Source of the DNA: Campylobacterota bacterium
GTDB taxonomy: Bacteria; Babelota; Babeliae; Babelales; RVW-14
Assembly (NCBI GenBank): GCA_020633995.1
Contig: JACKCO010000003.1
Location: 4,441-68,440 of the forward strand
Direction of reading: 5' to 3'
Length of the DNA stretch: 64,000 nt
Shown here: piece after piece, positions 46,101 to 56,100 of the stretch
Numbering within the stretch: position 1 is the stretch's first letter
Layout: each line of letters begins with the position of its first letter
Notes under the pieces: model-generated
Databases searched by the model: none
Seen by the model: only the letters and a program-made list of their open reading frames with translations
Told to the model about the DNA's origin: nothing
Translations under genes and position numbers: made by a program

Positions 46101-49100
46101 GCGGTAGCTCGCAATGAACAAGGCAGATCTGTTGCTACTCTCAATCAAATAATTCAGCTCCTTATAGACAATCGTGCTAACGTCAATGCAGTTCACCCAA
46201 CATCACAAAAATCTATTTTCCTGCTGGCATTTGGTGCACCTGAAAGCACGCTTAAAAAACTTGTAGATGCTGGTGCCGATGTTAGTTATCAAAAACCCCA
46301 ACGACCTGGCAACACCTTTCTGCACGAGCTCGTTAAACGTGGAGTTGTCCAATATTCCTTCTACGACTTTCCTCTCATCACCGATCGTCCAAACAGAGCA
46401 AACGTTAAAGCATTTTATGAAACTGAACTTGGTAAGGTGTATAAACTTCTTTTTGATAACAACGTTAATGTCAATGTCCAGAATCAAAACACTCCGCCTG
46501 AGACTCCGCTATCAATAGCCATCGATAGACGCTCACCACTTATTTTTGAAGAGCTTTTAGCCTATGGAGGCCAAGTTGGCCAAGTAGAACGTGACCTGTA
46601 TGATGAATATCGTCGGGATGGCATTGCAACATCGTTTTTAGATATGATTGCATCACACTTCCCTGCCCCGCAAGACGCTCCAACAGGCTGGCATGTTGAT
46701 AATGGGCGAGCAATGTACAATGACGTTGACGCCACAGGCCTTGCACCTGGTTTTGCAAGAATAGAAGTAGCAAGCGATGGAAGAGTTTGGGGACAAGGCA
46801 CTGATAGCAGAATTTATGCTCGGCTTGGCATCACCTCAAGTAGTCCACAAGGCACTCGTTGGCACGAGGTTGGTCGCAACATTGATGCTAACTCACTTGT
46901 CATTAAAACGGTAGGTGGTGATGAAGTATTTGGAGCCACACACAATAACACCAACATCGTAGCTGAAGCAGGAAAAAATATGCAGCCGGGGTGGACTGAA
47001 GAAAGTAATTACAAAAATACCTCTAGCTTTACATATCCACCGGTAACATACATCACAGAGAGCAAAACAGGTCCTTATCGCTGGCAGCTGACCACCAATG
47101 ATCGAAGCGTTATCGCCTTTACCTCTGACCAAATGGCATGCAGAGTTAATCTTGCTACAGACGCATATAATACGGAAAATCGTTATGAAATTTTCCTGAA
47201 TACCTACTATCTAAATAGATATGTAAACATCATAATGAAGTATACCGCTGGACGAGGTTCACCTGAGCAACTTATGATGACCGACAGCAATCCGAACTCA
47301 TCAGGCCCCCACAATCTCTGGATAGCACCGATCGTTTCAAATAATACGCTTCAACTTATCATTGGCCAAGGTAATAACCCAGGCGATAGTAATGAAATCA
47401 TTGCACGCGTTACTGACGATAATAATCCTCACACCAATGCTCGCTATTTTGCCCTTACTGGTGAAGTAAATTCTCAGCCAACACGATTTACAAATATCAG
47501 GCAAGTTACAACAACAAGCCCATTAGACTTCTCTCCGGTAGTACCAGCAGGCCCAGATGAACTTTTCAACGCTATTGATGCAGGAGATCTTGCAGCAGTT
47601 AGACAAGCGCTTGATAGAGGTGTCGATATTGAGGCAAAGCGTAATGGCACCCCTGCACTTTACTACGCAGTAAACATCGCTCGCGATAAGTTCCAAAATA
47701 ATCAACCATACAATGATGTGGAAAACATTATTCGAGAATTACTCAGTCAAGGAGCTGATCCCGATGCTGTTGATAATGCCTCCTCAGGTATAAGAGAGCC
47801 ATTTATTGTCAAAACAACAGACTCAACTATAACTGTTGGGCTTCCTGGTGGTGTGCTTGGTGCTGCACCAAGCACTGTTGAGCTCCTGGTTGACGCCGTC
47901 AGCGATATTAATGTAACTGACTCTACAAATCAAAGAAATAGCTTCATGACAAATTTTATACAAAAAGGTGAAGATCTCTACACGCCTGCACAAATTCAGG
48001 AAATTTATAACATACTTTTCGACTCAAGTATTGTTAATCCCGCTCCTAGTCTTGAAATAACTGGTCGTTTTGGAAGAACAACACTTCTGCACACGGCTTT
48101 TTTCAACGGAAAAACCGTTCACTTTTTACAACTTATGAGTCATGGAGCCGATGTCAACGCCACAAATGCGCAAAACATGTCGGTCCTTGACTTGTACCGT
48201 GATTATCGCGTCCAGGGAAGAGAGACCGCTTTCTTAGATTCTATCGCCCAACACTTCCCCGCTCCACAAAGAACTCAAGCCGAGGTTAACAAAGAGCTTC
48301 TTGATGCTATCACACGCAATGACTTAAACACAGTGACAGACCTATTTGCAGGAACCCCCGCTCCAGAAACCGAAACAACTAACAATGTTGGAACTGCCCT
48401 TGCCAACGCCGTTGCACAGGCGGTAGCTCGCAATGAACAAGGCAGATCTGTTACTACTCTCAATCAAATAATTCAGCTCCTTATAGACAATCGTGCTAAC
48501 GTCAATGCAGTTCACCCAACATCACAAAAATCTATTTTTCTGCTGGCATTTGGTGCACCTGAAAGTACGCTTAAAAAACTTGTAGATGCTGGTGCCGATG
48601 TTAGTTATCAACAACCCCAACGACCTGGCAACACCTTTCTGCACGAGCTCGTTAAACGTGGCGCCGTTCAATATTCATTCTCGGATCCATCACTGCTTAG
48701 CAACCCCACAAGTGACGCTAATCTTAAAGCATTTTACCAAACCGAGCTTGGCAAAATTTACAGACTTCTTTTTAGTAATAATGTTGCAATCAACACCCAA
48801 AACCAAAATACACCACCAGAGACGCCTCTTTCAATAGCTATAGAAAAAAGATCACCTCTCATTTTTGACGAACTTCTTGCTAATGGAGGGCAAATTGGAC
48901 AAGTAGAACGTGACATGTATCAAGACTACCGCACCAACAACATATCAACAGCATTTCTTGATATTATTGCATCACACTTCCAGGCACAAGCACCTCAGAC
49001 TGGCCAAAAAACACAAGCTGAACTTGATCAGGCACTGCTTGATGCCATCAATGCTGCAAATATTAATGATGTCAGACAAGCACTTAATGATGGCGCAAAT

Positions 49101-52100
49101 ATTGAGGCAAAACGTAATGATATGCCTGCTCTTTACTATGCCGTCAGCATTGCACGCAACAAATTCCAAAACAACCAAGACCACACGGGCATGGATGCAA
49201 TCATCAGTGAACTGATAACGCGGGGTGCAGACGTTGATGCAATGGAGCGTGGCTCTGGTTATTCAGAACCATACTTAATGAAAGTCGACGACAGTTACGG
49301 AATCGTCCGAGAAGGCCCTATTGGTGCCGCTCCAAGCACACTCGCCCTATTGCTTAATCGGACCACAATAATCAACACATTCTTTCAAGGTTCATTCTTA
49401 ATCAATTTCGTTCGAAAAAATGAAACCCTTTATACCTCCGCCCAAATCGAACAAATTTATGATCTCATTTTTGCTTCAAGCGTTAGTCCAGCAGCCGACT
49501 TCAACCTTTCTGGCATGTTCGGAAGAACAGCGCTTCATCAAGCCTTCACAGACAGAAGCGTAATAAACGTCAGAAAACTAATAGAAAAAGGTGCCGACAT
49601 AAACTACGCACTTGGTCACGGCAGAGGTCTACCATCCGTACTTGATCTTTACAACCAAGACCGTCAAAGCACTGACCCTGTTGTGCAAGCATTTATTAAA
49701 GCTGTTGCTCAATATTTCCCAGCACCACCAAGAGCCCAAGCAGAACTTGATCGTGATCTAATCGGGGCATTACAACAAAATAATCTTACAGATGTCAGAC
49801 AAGCATTTTCTGATGGCGCAACTATACAGGCAACCGATGGTGATGGTTCAGGTGTTGTTATCAATGCAATCAGAGGTATTGTTCTTAAAGTCATTAACAA
49901 TGACGCTAGCGATAACCAAGTACTTCGAGAAGTTCTTGATCGTGGAGGCCGTCCTAATGAACTCGAAGCTGGTAGCAACTACTCACCACTCATGCGTGCT
50001 CTAGGCGCACCCGCTAGCACATTTCAAATACTCCTTGACGAACAAGCTAACATTGATTATCAACTCCCAGCTAGTGCAAGAAGCCAAGCAGGCATGAATA
50101 TCATGCACATGATGTTTGAAGGCAGCGAATACTATGGCGATAGAGAGACAGATGAATTAGCTGTCTTTGATCTCCTTGTTGCTCGTGGTGCGCAAGTTAA
50201 CGTTCTTAATGGCCGGGGCGAAACACCTCTGCACTTAGTGTTCAAGATGAATATGGATTTGTATCCTAACAGACGCCAAATAATTTTTGACAGACTTATC
50301 GCAGCTGGTGCCGACATTAATCTCAAAGCATCTGGCGGACAGTCCGTTGCTGATCTGTACAACGCTGACCGACAAGCCGGACGTAGAACAGATTTCTTAG
50401 ACTCAATCGCGCAACATTTCCCTGCAAGCCGCGGCTCGAGGGGCGTCCCTGGAGGAGGTGGGCCACAAGCAGCTGCTAACTTTGCATGGACGGCAACCAA
50501 CGGCAGTGGCTGGAGCTTAAGTGACGATGATGCGCCAACAGTCACTGACGTTCACAACACGCGCTATGACAAACTTGATGGAACAAGCCTTGACATAAGC
50601 GATTATGGAGGTGGCAATAAAAGAATTATTTATACAACAGATGCAGGTAATGACGTTGATCTGACTGACTCACGAAACAACCCTGGGCTGGTAAATTTAT
50701 TTGTTATTACCGATACTGACACGTACGCAAAAAAAGTCTGGGGTCAAAATAATAAAGGACAGATTTTTGCTCGACATGGTATCACTCAATCTAATCCACA
50801 GGGTACCGGTTGGATCATGCTTGGCACCTTTGAACCAGGCTCCTTGCAAGTCAGAACGGTCAACGGTGATCAACTATTTAGTGCAAATTATGTTAGAGCA
50901 TCACGTGCGGATTGGCGCTCACCTCTAGTACTTACACAAATTGCAAACCCTCCCGTCATCGTTGCCGAAACAGGACGATCAACACAAGCAGACTGGGTCG
51001 ACATACAAACATATAAGAGTTCAAACGAAATAAAACTTTATCCAATAAAATACTGGCAAATAAGTAGTGATGCAGGACCCTACCGTGATGCTTGGCAAAT
51101 ACCTGCAACAGGTAGTCACCAAATAACGTTTACCTCAAATACACCTCGATGCTTGCTTCATTTTGTGGAAGAAAAATTTCAACTAAATAAACAATATCTG
51201 ATCAGCTCACTTGGATATGGCCAAGACGCTGGAAACATAAGAAAACTAGACAGTGGTTACATAGACAATGACTTTACTGCAGACGTCAGACTCCACACCC
51301 CATCAGGACAAAACGAATATAAATTTTGGATTCAAATTTTGCGACAAAACAATTCGCTTGAAATTGTTTTTGGTCAAGGTGAAAATCCTGGAGACATCAA
51401 TGAAGTAATCGGCCGTAGTACCGATAATAATCCACTCAATATTAGACACTTCTTCTTTGAAGGACCCACACCACTAACGAATGATATTTACCACTACACA
51501 AATATTGCCGTCGAACCTGTAACAACTCCTACACCGTCCACACAAACAACAGCTACAAACTTCGTTTGGACTGGAGCTGACGGTAGTGGTTGGAGACTTG
51601 GCGACACACTAGGATCAGACGGAGAACGAAACATTATATATCGTACTACCGCTGGCAACGAAATTGATGTTACCAATAATTTGGCAAGAATGGGCACAGG
51701 ACTCAAAAGCCTATTTGTTGTTAATGATGGACAAACTGTCTGGGGGCAAAAAGCTGATGGTAAAATTTTTGCACGCTTTGATATAGCCAGTCAAAAACCT
51801 GAGGGTTCAGCATGGGGGGGACTGGGTGAACAGTTTGAGCCTGATTCTTTAGCGCGCGACACTATTAATGGTAACGATGTATTTGTTGCACGTTATAATG
51901 GCATCGATATGGTCGCAGAAGCTGGAACAAGTTTTCATCCTGGTTGGGTAGAACGAACAAACTATCAAAATCAAAATACAGTCACAGTATATCCAATCGG
52001 ACACGTTTACAAAACAACCGAAGCTCCGTACCGCTGGCAACTTTCAACTCGAGCTAGAAGTTTTATAACATTTACGTCAAGTAGTCCACGATGCTTCGTC

Positions 52101-53066
52101 AGTTTTTGCGATCAACAGCAGGCAACCCTCACCAGATATCAAATAGACATAAACAGCTTTGAGCAAGGCGTAAACAAAATATACATTACCAAGACACGTG
52201 CACCGGGGCAAATACCAACATTTCTTGCCATTGTAGATGGAGGCAACACCCAACTGACTGGCCCGCAAAACTATTGGGCTGGAGCAATTGTAAAAAGAAA
52301 CTCAGTCGAGCTCGTCGTCGGACAAGGCAATAATCCCGGCGATCCAAGCGAGGTAATTGCACATACAACTGATGATGACAATCCGTACACAAACGTCAGG
52401 TACATCTCATTTGGACTACCTCCACTTAGCACAACGCCGATAACCTTTAGTAATATTTCTGAATACATAAGCCCTCGCGCAATTAATTTTTCACAAACTG
52501 GCCCACTCAGCAGCTATACCTATCAACTGCCTGCTCCAGGCGAACGCCCAGGCTTTGCACCTTATCAATGGGAACTAACAGGCAATGTTGTAACGCTCTC
52601 TTTTGAAACAGATCAACCAAGCGTTCGAGTTAATCTTTCTCCAGACCAAACTGATGATCAAATATATCAAGTACAACTCCCTGGTGCAGGGCCTACCGAT
52701 GCTGCAAGCATTATAAAATATGACGTTAATGCACCAAGTAATCCCGTCGCTATGTTATTTGGCCCCCGACAAGTAGGCCACATGACTCCAGCAGAAGTGT
52801 CTTCTGGAAATGCAAAATACTGGATACGAATTGCAAAAAGCTCCGGCAGCATAGACATTCGTGTTGGCAAGGGTGACGCTGGCCGTGGAGAATTTATGAG
52901 CGGTACCGATACTGACAACCCATTCGATGTAAACTGGGCTGCACTTGCCGGCTACGGGGCAAGGACAAACTTTACCAACATAGAACTTACTGAAATTACA
53001 AGAGGTAGAGGATCAACAGTCAGAGGCGGCATTCCACTAAGAGGTGGCACCCAACTCGGTATATAA
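43158..53066 (+). CDS. Giant secreted mosaic protein (about 3300 aa): nine ankyrin cassettes, three TECPR-like plus jelly-roll modules, one terminal jelly-roll module
   Basis: A single uninterrupted ORF. The ATG at 43158 has an AAGGGGA RBS and gives signal peptide ..ILLLLFGFLYLPTTVFAQE (the TTG at 43074 is less likely). See findings for domain evidence. Confidence 0.9.
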   Translation: MLHTGQKTRFSSILLLLFGFLYLPTTVFAQEELNENLLTAVVRQRLSGVQQALRAGADVNASNRIGSALVNAAFLGGDDIVLELLNAGANASAAESGTNISVLAHAFTAVLPVSTLERILQAGADVNMQNTINGSSVMHLVMRYGQNYYGDNKDAVLTAILAQNPNLNIFDNQGKTPLHIAFENENAGDFATLISNGADVNAKAQTGQSVRELYDALIQQGSTTLTPSTQQFLKAIAQDMTRQAPGRPQKTPEELSQDLLTAINVGDLNLVRQALDDGADVQTSDRFGSALFNAILSPNRSDNIITEIINRGADTNARRPRSEESALMLSLLEGISIDIIRLLLANGADVNYQQSRFFKETALHIAANYPQLNIYPNNNQEIIQLLLNNNANPNVFDRSKSSPLHIAFYNRDIQTFSLLMNNGANLDAKAERGLSVRELYQDLVAQAPADANTQSFLKAIAQHFPSPRTPEELSQDLLQAIEDGNLSDLRQALNAGANIETADSDGTALLNAITSPNMSPDIIAELVNRNANVRAVVPHTQESALMLALLEGLPLATIRLLVENDADPNYQQPSFYRETALHIIANHEQLNIYPNDNNAVLQLLLDNGANPNVFDRSNSTPLHIAFYNRSAQTFSALVTGGADLDQKAGRNLSVRELYQDLVAQGPRRPQEQGFLKAIASHFQAQAPQAVQKTQAELDQALLDAINAVNINDVRQALSDGANIEAKRNDMPALYYAVSIARSKFQNNQDHTGMDAIISELITRGADVDAMERGSGYSEPYLMKVDDSYGIVREGPIGAAPSTLALLLNRTTIINTFFQGSFLINFVRKNETLYTSAQIEQIYDLIFASSVSPAASLNLSDNSGITALHQAFRNRSVINVRKLIEKGADINYAVGQGRIPPVLDLYNQDRQSTDPAVQTFIKAVAQYFPAPQRTQAEVNKELLDAITRNDLNTVTDLFAGTPAPETETTNNVGTALANAVTQAVARNEQGRSVATLNQIIQLLIDNRANVNAVHPTSQKSIFLLAFGAPESTLKKLVDAGADVSYQKPQRPGNTFLHELVKRGVVQYSFYDFPLITDRPNRANVKAFYETELGKVYKLLFDNNVNVNVQNQNTPPETPLSIAIDRRSPLIFEELLAYGGQVGQVERDLYDEYRRDGIATSFLDMIASHFPAPQDAPTGWHVDNGRAMYNDVDATGLAPGFARIEVASDGRVWGQGTDSRIYARLGITSSSPQGTRWHEVGRNIDANSLVIKTVGGDEVFGATHNNTNIVAEAGKNMQPGWTEESNYKNTSSFTYPPVTYITESKTGPYRWQLTTNDRSVIAFTSDQMACRVNLATDAYNTENRYEIFLNTYYLNRYVNIIMKYTAGRGSPEQLMMTDSNPNSSGPHNLWIAPIVSNNTLQLIIGQGNNPGDSNEIIARVTDDNNPHTNARYFALTGEVNSQPTRFTNIRQVTTTSPLDFSPVVPAGPDELFNAIDAGDLAAVRQALDRGVDIEAKRNGTPALYYAVNIARDKFQNNQPYNDVENIIRELLSQGADPDAVDNASSGIREPFIVKTTDSTITVGLPGGVLGAAPSTVELLVDAVSDINVTDSTNQRNSFMTNFIQKGEDLYTPAQIQEIYNILFDSSIVNPAPSLEITGRFGRTTLLHTAFFNGKTVHFLQLMSHGADVNATNAQNMSVLDLYRDYRVQGRETAFLDSIAQHFPAPQRTQAEVNKELLDAITRNDLNTVTDLFAGTPAPETETTNNVGTALANAVAQAVARNEQGRSVTTLNQIIQLLIDNRANVNAVHPTSQKSIFLLAFGAPESTLKKLVDAGADVSYQQPQRPGNTFLHELVKRGAVQYSFSDPSLLSNPTSDANLKAFYQTELGKIYRLLFSNNVAINTQNQNTPPETPLSIAIEKRSPLIFDELLANGGQIGQVERDMYQDYRTNNISTAFLDIIASHFQAQAPQTGQKTQAELDQALLDAINAANINDVRQALNDGANIEAKRNDMPALYYAVSIARNKFQNNQDHTGMDAIISELITRGADVDAMERGSGYSEPYLMKVDDSYGIVREGPIGAAPSTLALLLNRTTIINTFFQGSFLINFVRKNETLYTSAQIEQIYDLIFASSVSPAADFNLSGMFGRTALHQAFTDRSVINVRKLIEKGADINYALGHGRGLPSVLDLYNQDRQSTDPVVQAFIKAVAQYFPAPPRAQAELDRDLIGALQQNNLTDVRQAFSDGATIQATDGDGSGVVINAIRGIVLKVINNDASDNQVLREVLDRGGRPNELEAGSNYSPLMRALGAPASTFQILLDEQANIDYQLPASARSQAGMNIMHMMFEGSEYYGDRETDELAVFDLLVARGAQVNVLNGRGETPLHLVFKMNMDLYPNRRQIIFDRLIAAGADINLKASGGQSVADLYNADRQAGRRTDFLDSIAQHFPASRGSRGVPGGGGPQAAANFAWTATNGSGWSLSDDDAPTVTDVHNTRYDKLDGTSLDISDYGGGNKRIIYTTDAGNDVDLTDSRNNPGLVNLFVITDTDTYAKKVWGQNNKGQIFARHGITQSNPQGTGWIMLGTFEPGSLQVRTVNGDQLFSANYVRASRADWRSPLVLTQIANPPVIVAETGRSTQADWVDIQTYKSSNEIKLYPIKYWQISSDAGPYRDAWQIPATGSHQITFTSNTPRCLLHFVEEKFQLNKQYLISSLGYGQDAGNIRKLDSGYIDNDFTADVRLHTPSGQNEYKFWIQILRQNNSLEIVFGQGENPGDINEVIGRSTDNNPLNIRHFFFEGPTPLTNDIYHYTNIAVEPVTTPTPSTQTTATNFVWTGADGSGWRLGDTLGSDGERNIIYRTTAGNEIDVTNNLARMGTGLKSLFVVNDGQTVWGQKADGKIFARFDIASQKPEGSAWGGLGEQFEPDSLARDTINGNDVFVARYNGIDMVAEAGTSFHPGWVERTNYQNQNTVTVYPIGHVYKTTEAPYRWQLSTRARSFITFTSSSPRCFVSFCDQQQATLTRYQIDINSFEQGVNKIYITKTRAPGQIPTFLAIVDGGNTQLTGPQNYWAGAIVKRNSVELVVGQGNNPGDPSEVIAHTTDDDNPYTNVRYISFGLPPLSTTPITFSNISEYISPRAINFSQTGPLSSYTYQLPAPGERPGFAPYQWELTGNVVTLSFETDQPSVRVNLSPDQTDDQIYQVQLPGAGPTDAASIIKYDVNAPSNPVAMLFGPRQVGHMTPAEVSSGNAKYWIRIAKSSGSIDIRVGKGDAGRGEFMSGTDTDNPFDVNWAALAGYGARTNFTNIELTEITRGRGSTVRGGIPLRGGTQLGI
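45188..45950 (+). repeat. Intragenic direct repeat X, copy 1 (pairs with 48965-49727)
   Basis: About 530 nt are nearly identical (45188-45720 vs 48965-49497, offset 3777). The remainder is about 85 percent similar by eye. Confidence 0.85.
45934..46342 (+). repeat. Intragenic direct repeat Y, copy 1 (pairs with 48253-48661)
   Basis: About 409 nt with only about 7 differences seen, offset 2319. Homology continues at lower identity to about 46680 / 48995. Confidence 0.85.
48253..48661 (+). repeat. Intragenic direct repeat Y, copy 2
   Basis: See 45934-46342. Confidence 0.85.
48965..49727 (+). repeat. Intragenic direct repeat X, copy 2
   Basis: See 45188-45950. Confidence 0.85.
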
Positions 53067-53109
53067 TATACAACTTATCCTTCAAGTATTTTAATAGAGG
53101 AATCAATCT

Positions 53110-56100
53110 ATGAACCATCACGCTATTACGTATAAAAATAATTTGTTGACCATAATAATTTTATACTTATTTTCAACGTTTATCTGCACACTGCAAGCAA
53201 ATCAGCAGCTCGGACTTCAGCGGTTCGGGCCAGCGGCAAGTCAATTACTCACCACACGACCAATGCCAATGCTGCTCACATATGGAAGTACCATAAAAAT
53301 AAAAAACTCTGCATTGGTTGATACAACACTACGCAGTTTTGGAAAGGCCTATTATCACAACTACAATTCGCCGGGAATAAACAATCCTGACAACAATTTA
53401 CGTACCTCATACCAAATGAGCGTTGGGGGCTCGCTCTCTTCAGACCAAACTGAGCAAGGCGCTGACGAATGGAAAATTAAAGCAGCCCATGGTCAAACAA
53501 AAAATGATGGTGAGATTGTACAGCATGGTGACGTTATTAGACTCGAGAACGTCAAATACAAAAAAAATCTTCACTCTCACTGGCTACCAGCAGCAGGTCT
53601 TAAATATAATCAAGAAGGTGGTTTTTCTTTCAATAATGATTTTTACCATGATGAGTTTTCAAATTATTTAACCTCCGCCTTTATCAACGCCAGCCATAAA
53701 CCTCAAGAGGTAACGCTGTTTGGAAACAACGGGGAAGGCGATGGCAATGACAACTGGACCATAGAATATGAAGGTCAGAAGATCAAACTCAAACACGGTG
53801 GGGATCGTTACCTATATATTCCCGGTGTTACATTTGGCTATGACGGACAAGATAGCGACAATACCCGCAAACTCGAGCTTGTTGTTGCAACCGTCCGGAA
53901 ACAAGATCTCAAGAATTTTTTGTCTAGTGATGTGTCTTTTGCAGGACTAGCAGAATTTGATGTTGAAGTTGTAAGATCAGCAATATTTGCACCTGCCATA
54001 CAACCTCAACCATTAGCAATACAACCCGGGCTACCACTTGGTCAAATGGAACCATCACCAGCCATGCTTGAAAAGTTGCTAAAAGCCGCCACTGCTCAGG
54101 AAAGACTTACTCCTCAAACATTTACACAGCTCCCATCACTTGGATTTAACATTGCCGGAGCATGGTACGGCCTGGAAGGCGAACAAAACAATGTTGATAT
54201 TGGATCAATGTTACAACAATTACTAGTTTTGAACCATCAACTTAGTATCCCTAGTGACCTTACTAAAGGACTACAATCTGTAGCCTTGGAACCACTCTCT
54301 GACCCAGCACCAGGAAAACAAAAAATTCTTGCCTACAATCTACAGGTTGGTGATAAATCTCTACACTTTAGAAACCCTGAAGGTATTAGCTCTCATCTAA
54401 AAACCATCTCCATTAACACAACTCCAGAAGACTTAAAACCTAATGTATCAGCCAGCAACATTGCACAAAAGGGTCTTCCTGCTGGATTTCCACCAATGTT
54501 TGCTCCAGCACCAATGCAAATTATGTGGGCATGGTATGGAACTGAGCAAAATAACACTGGCGCGGTAAAAGAAGTTGTTGCAAATTTAGCGCGCTATGGG
54601 TTTTTGTATATGCCAGACATTAAAGAAATGTTTAATGACACTGACACAACACCCAAAGAACTTGCTATCCATCTGCGTATGAAAAATCAAAGTAACTCAT
54701 CAGAAACTTTTGATGTACATCTACGAGCCAACAACAACCAACCATTTCTTTTTTATCCTCTGGGCGACATGTCAGTCACGCTCCAAACAGAACTCAGACA
54801 AAGATTTGTTAAAACACTAAGAGATCCAAACTCAACCATGCAGGACATCGCTAATCTTATTAATCAAGGTGCTGATGTTAACTCCATCAATCCAACAACA
54901 AAAGAATCTGTTCTCATGGAAGCCATTGGCGCAACGCCAGGAAAAATATTTATCCTACTCAGCCAAGGTGCCGATCAGAACTATCAGCAACCAAACGAAC
55001 CTAAGAAAACATTTCTCCATCTTTTAGTTGAGCGCGGTTATCAACTCTACCCAGACAGCAAACAACACGTTGCTGTGTACAAAATGCTACGTGATAATGG
55101 CCAATCCCCAACTAATCCCGACATACTTGATGCCAGCGGTAAAACACCACTACACGTAGCTTTTGAAAATAACCGCGACAAACAATGCAACATACTCTTT
55201 GAGTATTTTCGCCCAAGCATTGATGTTAAAGCACCTGAAGGACAGTCTGTACGTGAGCTGTATGATGGCGCTCGTCAAAATACAGACAATAACGTACCAG
55301 AAAGAAACACTTTACTAGAAGCAATTGCCAAGTACATTACTCCACCACTCTCACCTCAAGTTCAGCTGAACACAAATTTGTTTAATGCCATTTACCGCCA
55401 TGATCTTGCTGGCGTCAAAAAAGCGCTAGATGACGGCGCTATGGTTGATGCAAGATACTCGTCAGGAACAGCACTCATGTATGCTATAGAGGGGACTCGT
55501 GCTTTTCAAATTCCTCCAAAAAGAACAACTCACATAATGTTTGATATCATTCTAGAACTCATAAATCGTGGCGCAGATGTTAACTTAACTCAAGCTCCCC
55601 ATGATGATTCTATTTTAATGTTATGTATCAAAAAAGGTATGCCCACAAACATCATCAGCTCTATCATCAACCATGGTGCAAACATTGACTACATACATAA
55701 CATTGGAATAAACAACACTGCACTCCATACGCTCCTTTCACTTGAGGAAGTTGAAACCAGCTATGGACGTGGAAATAATAGAAGCGTAAGTTACATAGAC
55801 ATTTATGAAGATGGTGATGAATACGTTGGCCGCGTCAACGATATACTCAACACCTTACTCGCCAATAATGCACAACCAAACATTTATAATAGGTATAACC
55901 AAACACCACTTAAACTTGCTTTCGACGTTGAAAACGCAACAGCATGCAACGCCCTGGTTGACGCAGGAGCCCGTATTGACGATCCTGTTGGCTTTGACGG
56001 CCGCAGCATGCGTGATCTTTTCCAAGCTTTACCAAACAGCGAATTTAAATTAGATATTGCTAAAACTTTTGGTCGTCCAGCAGAGACGCAATCTCCAGAG

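Noticed and set aside
43158-53066. CRISPR-like or satellite interpretation of the repeats in the 45-50 kb region
   Set aside because: The repeats are 400-760 nt long, in frame, and encode ankyrin cassettes. There is no short repeat-spacer periodicity.
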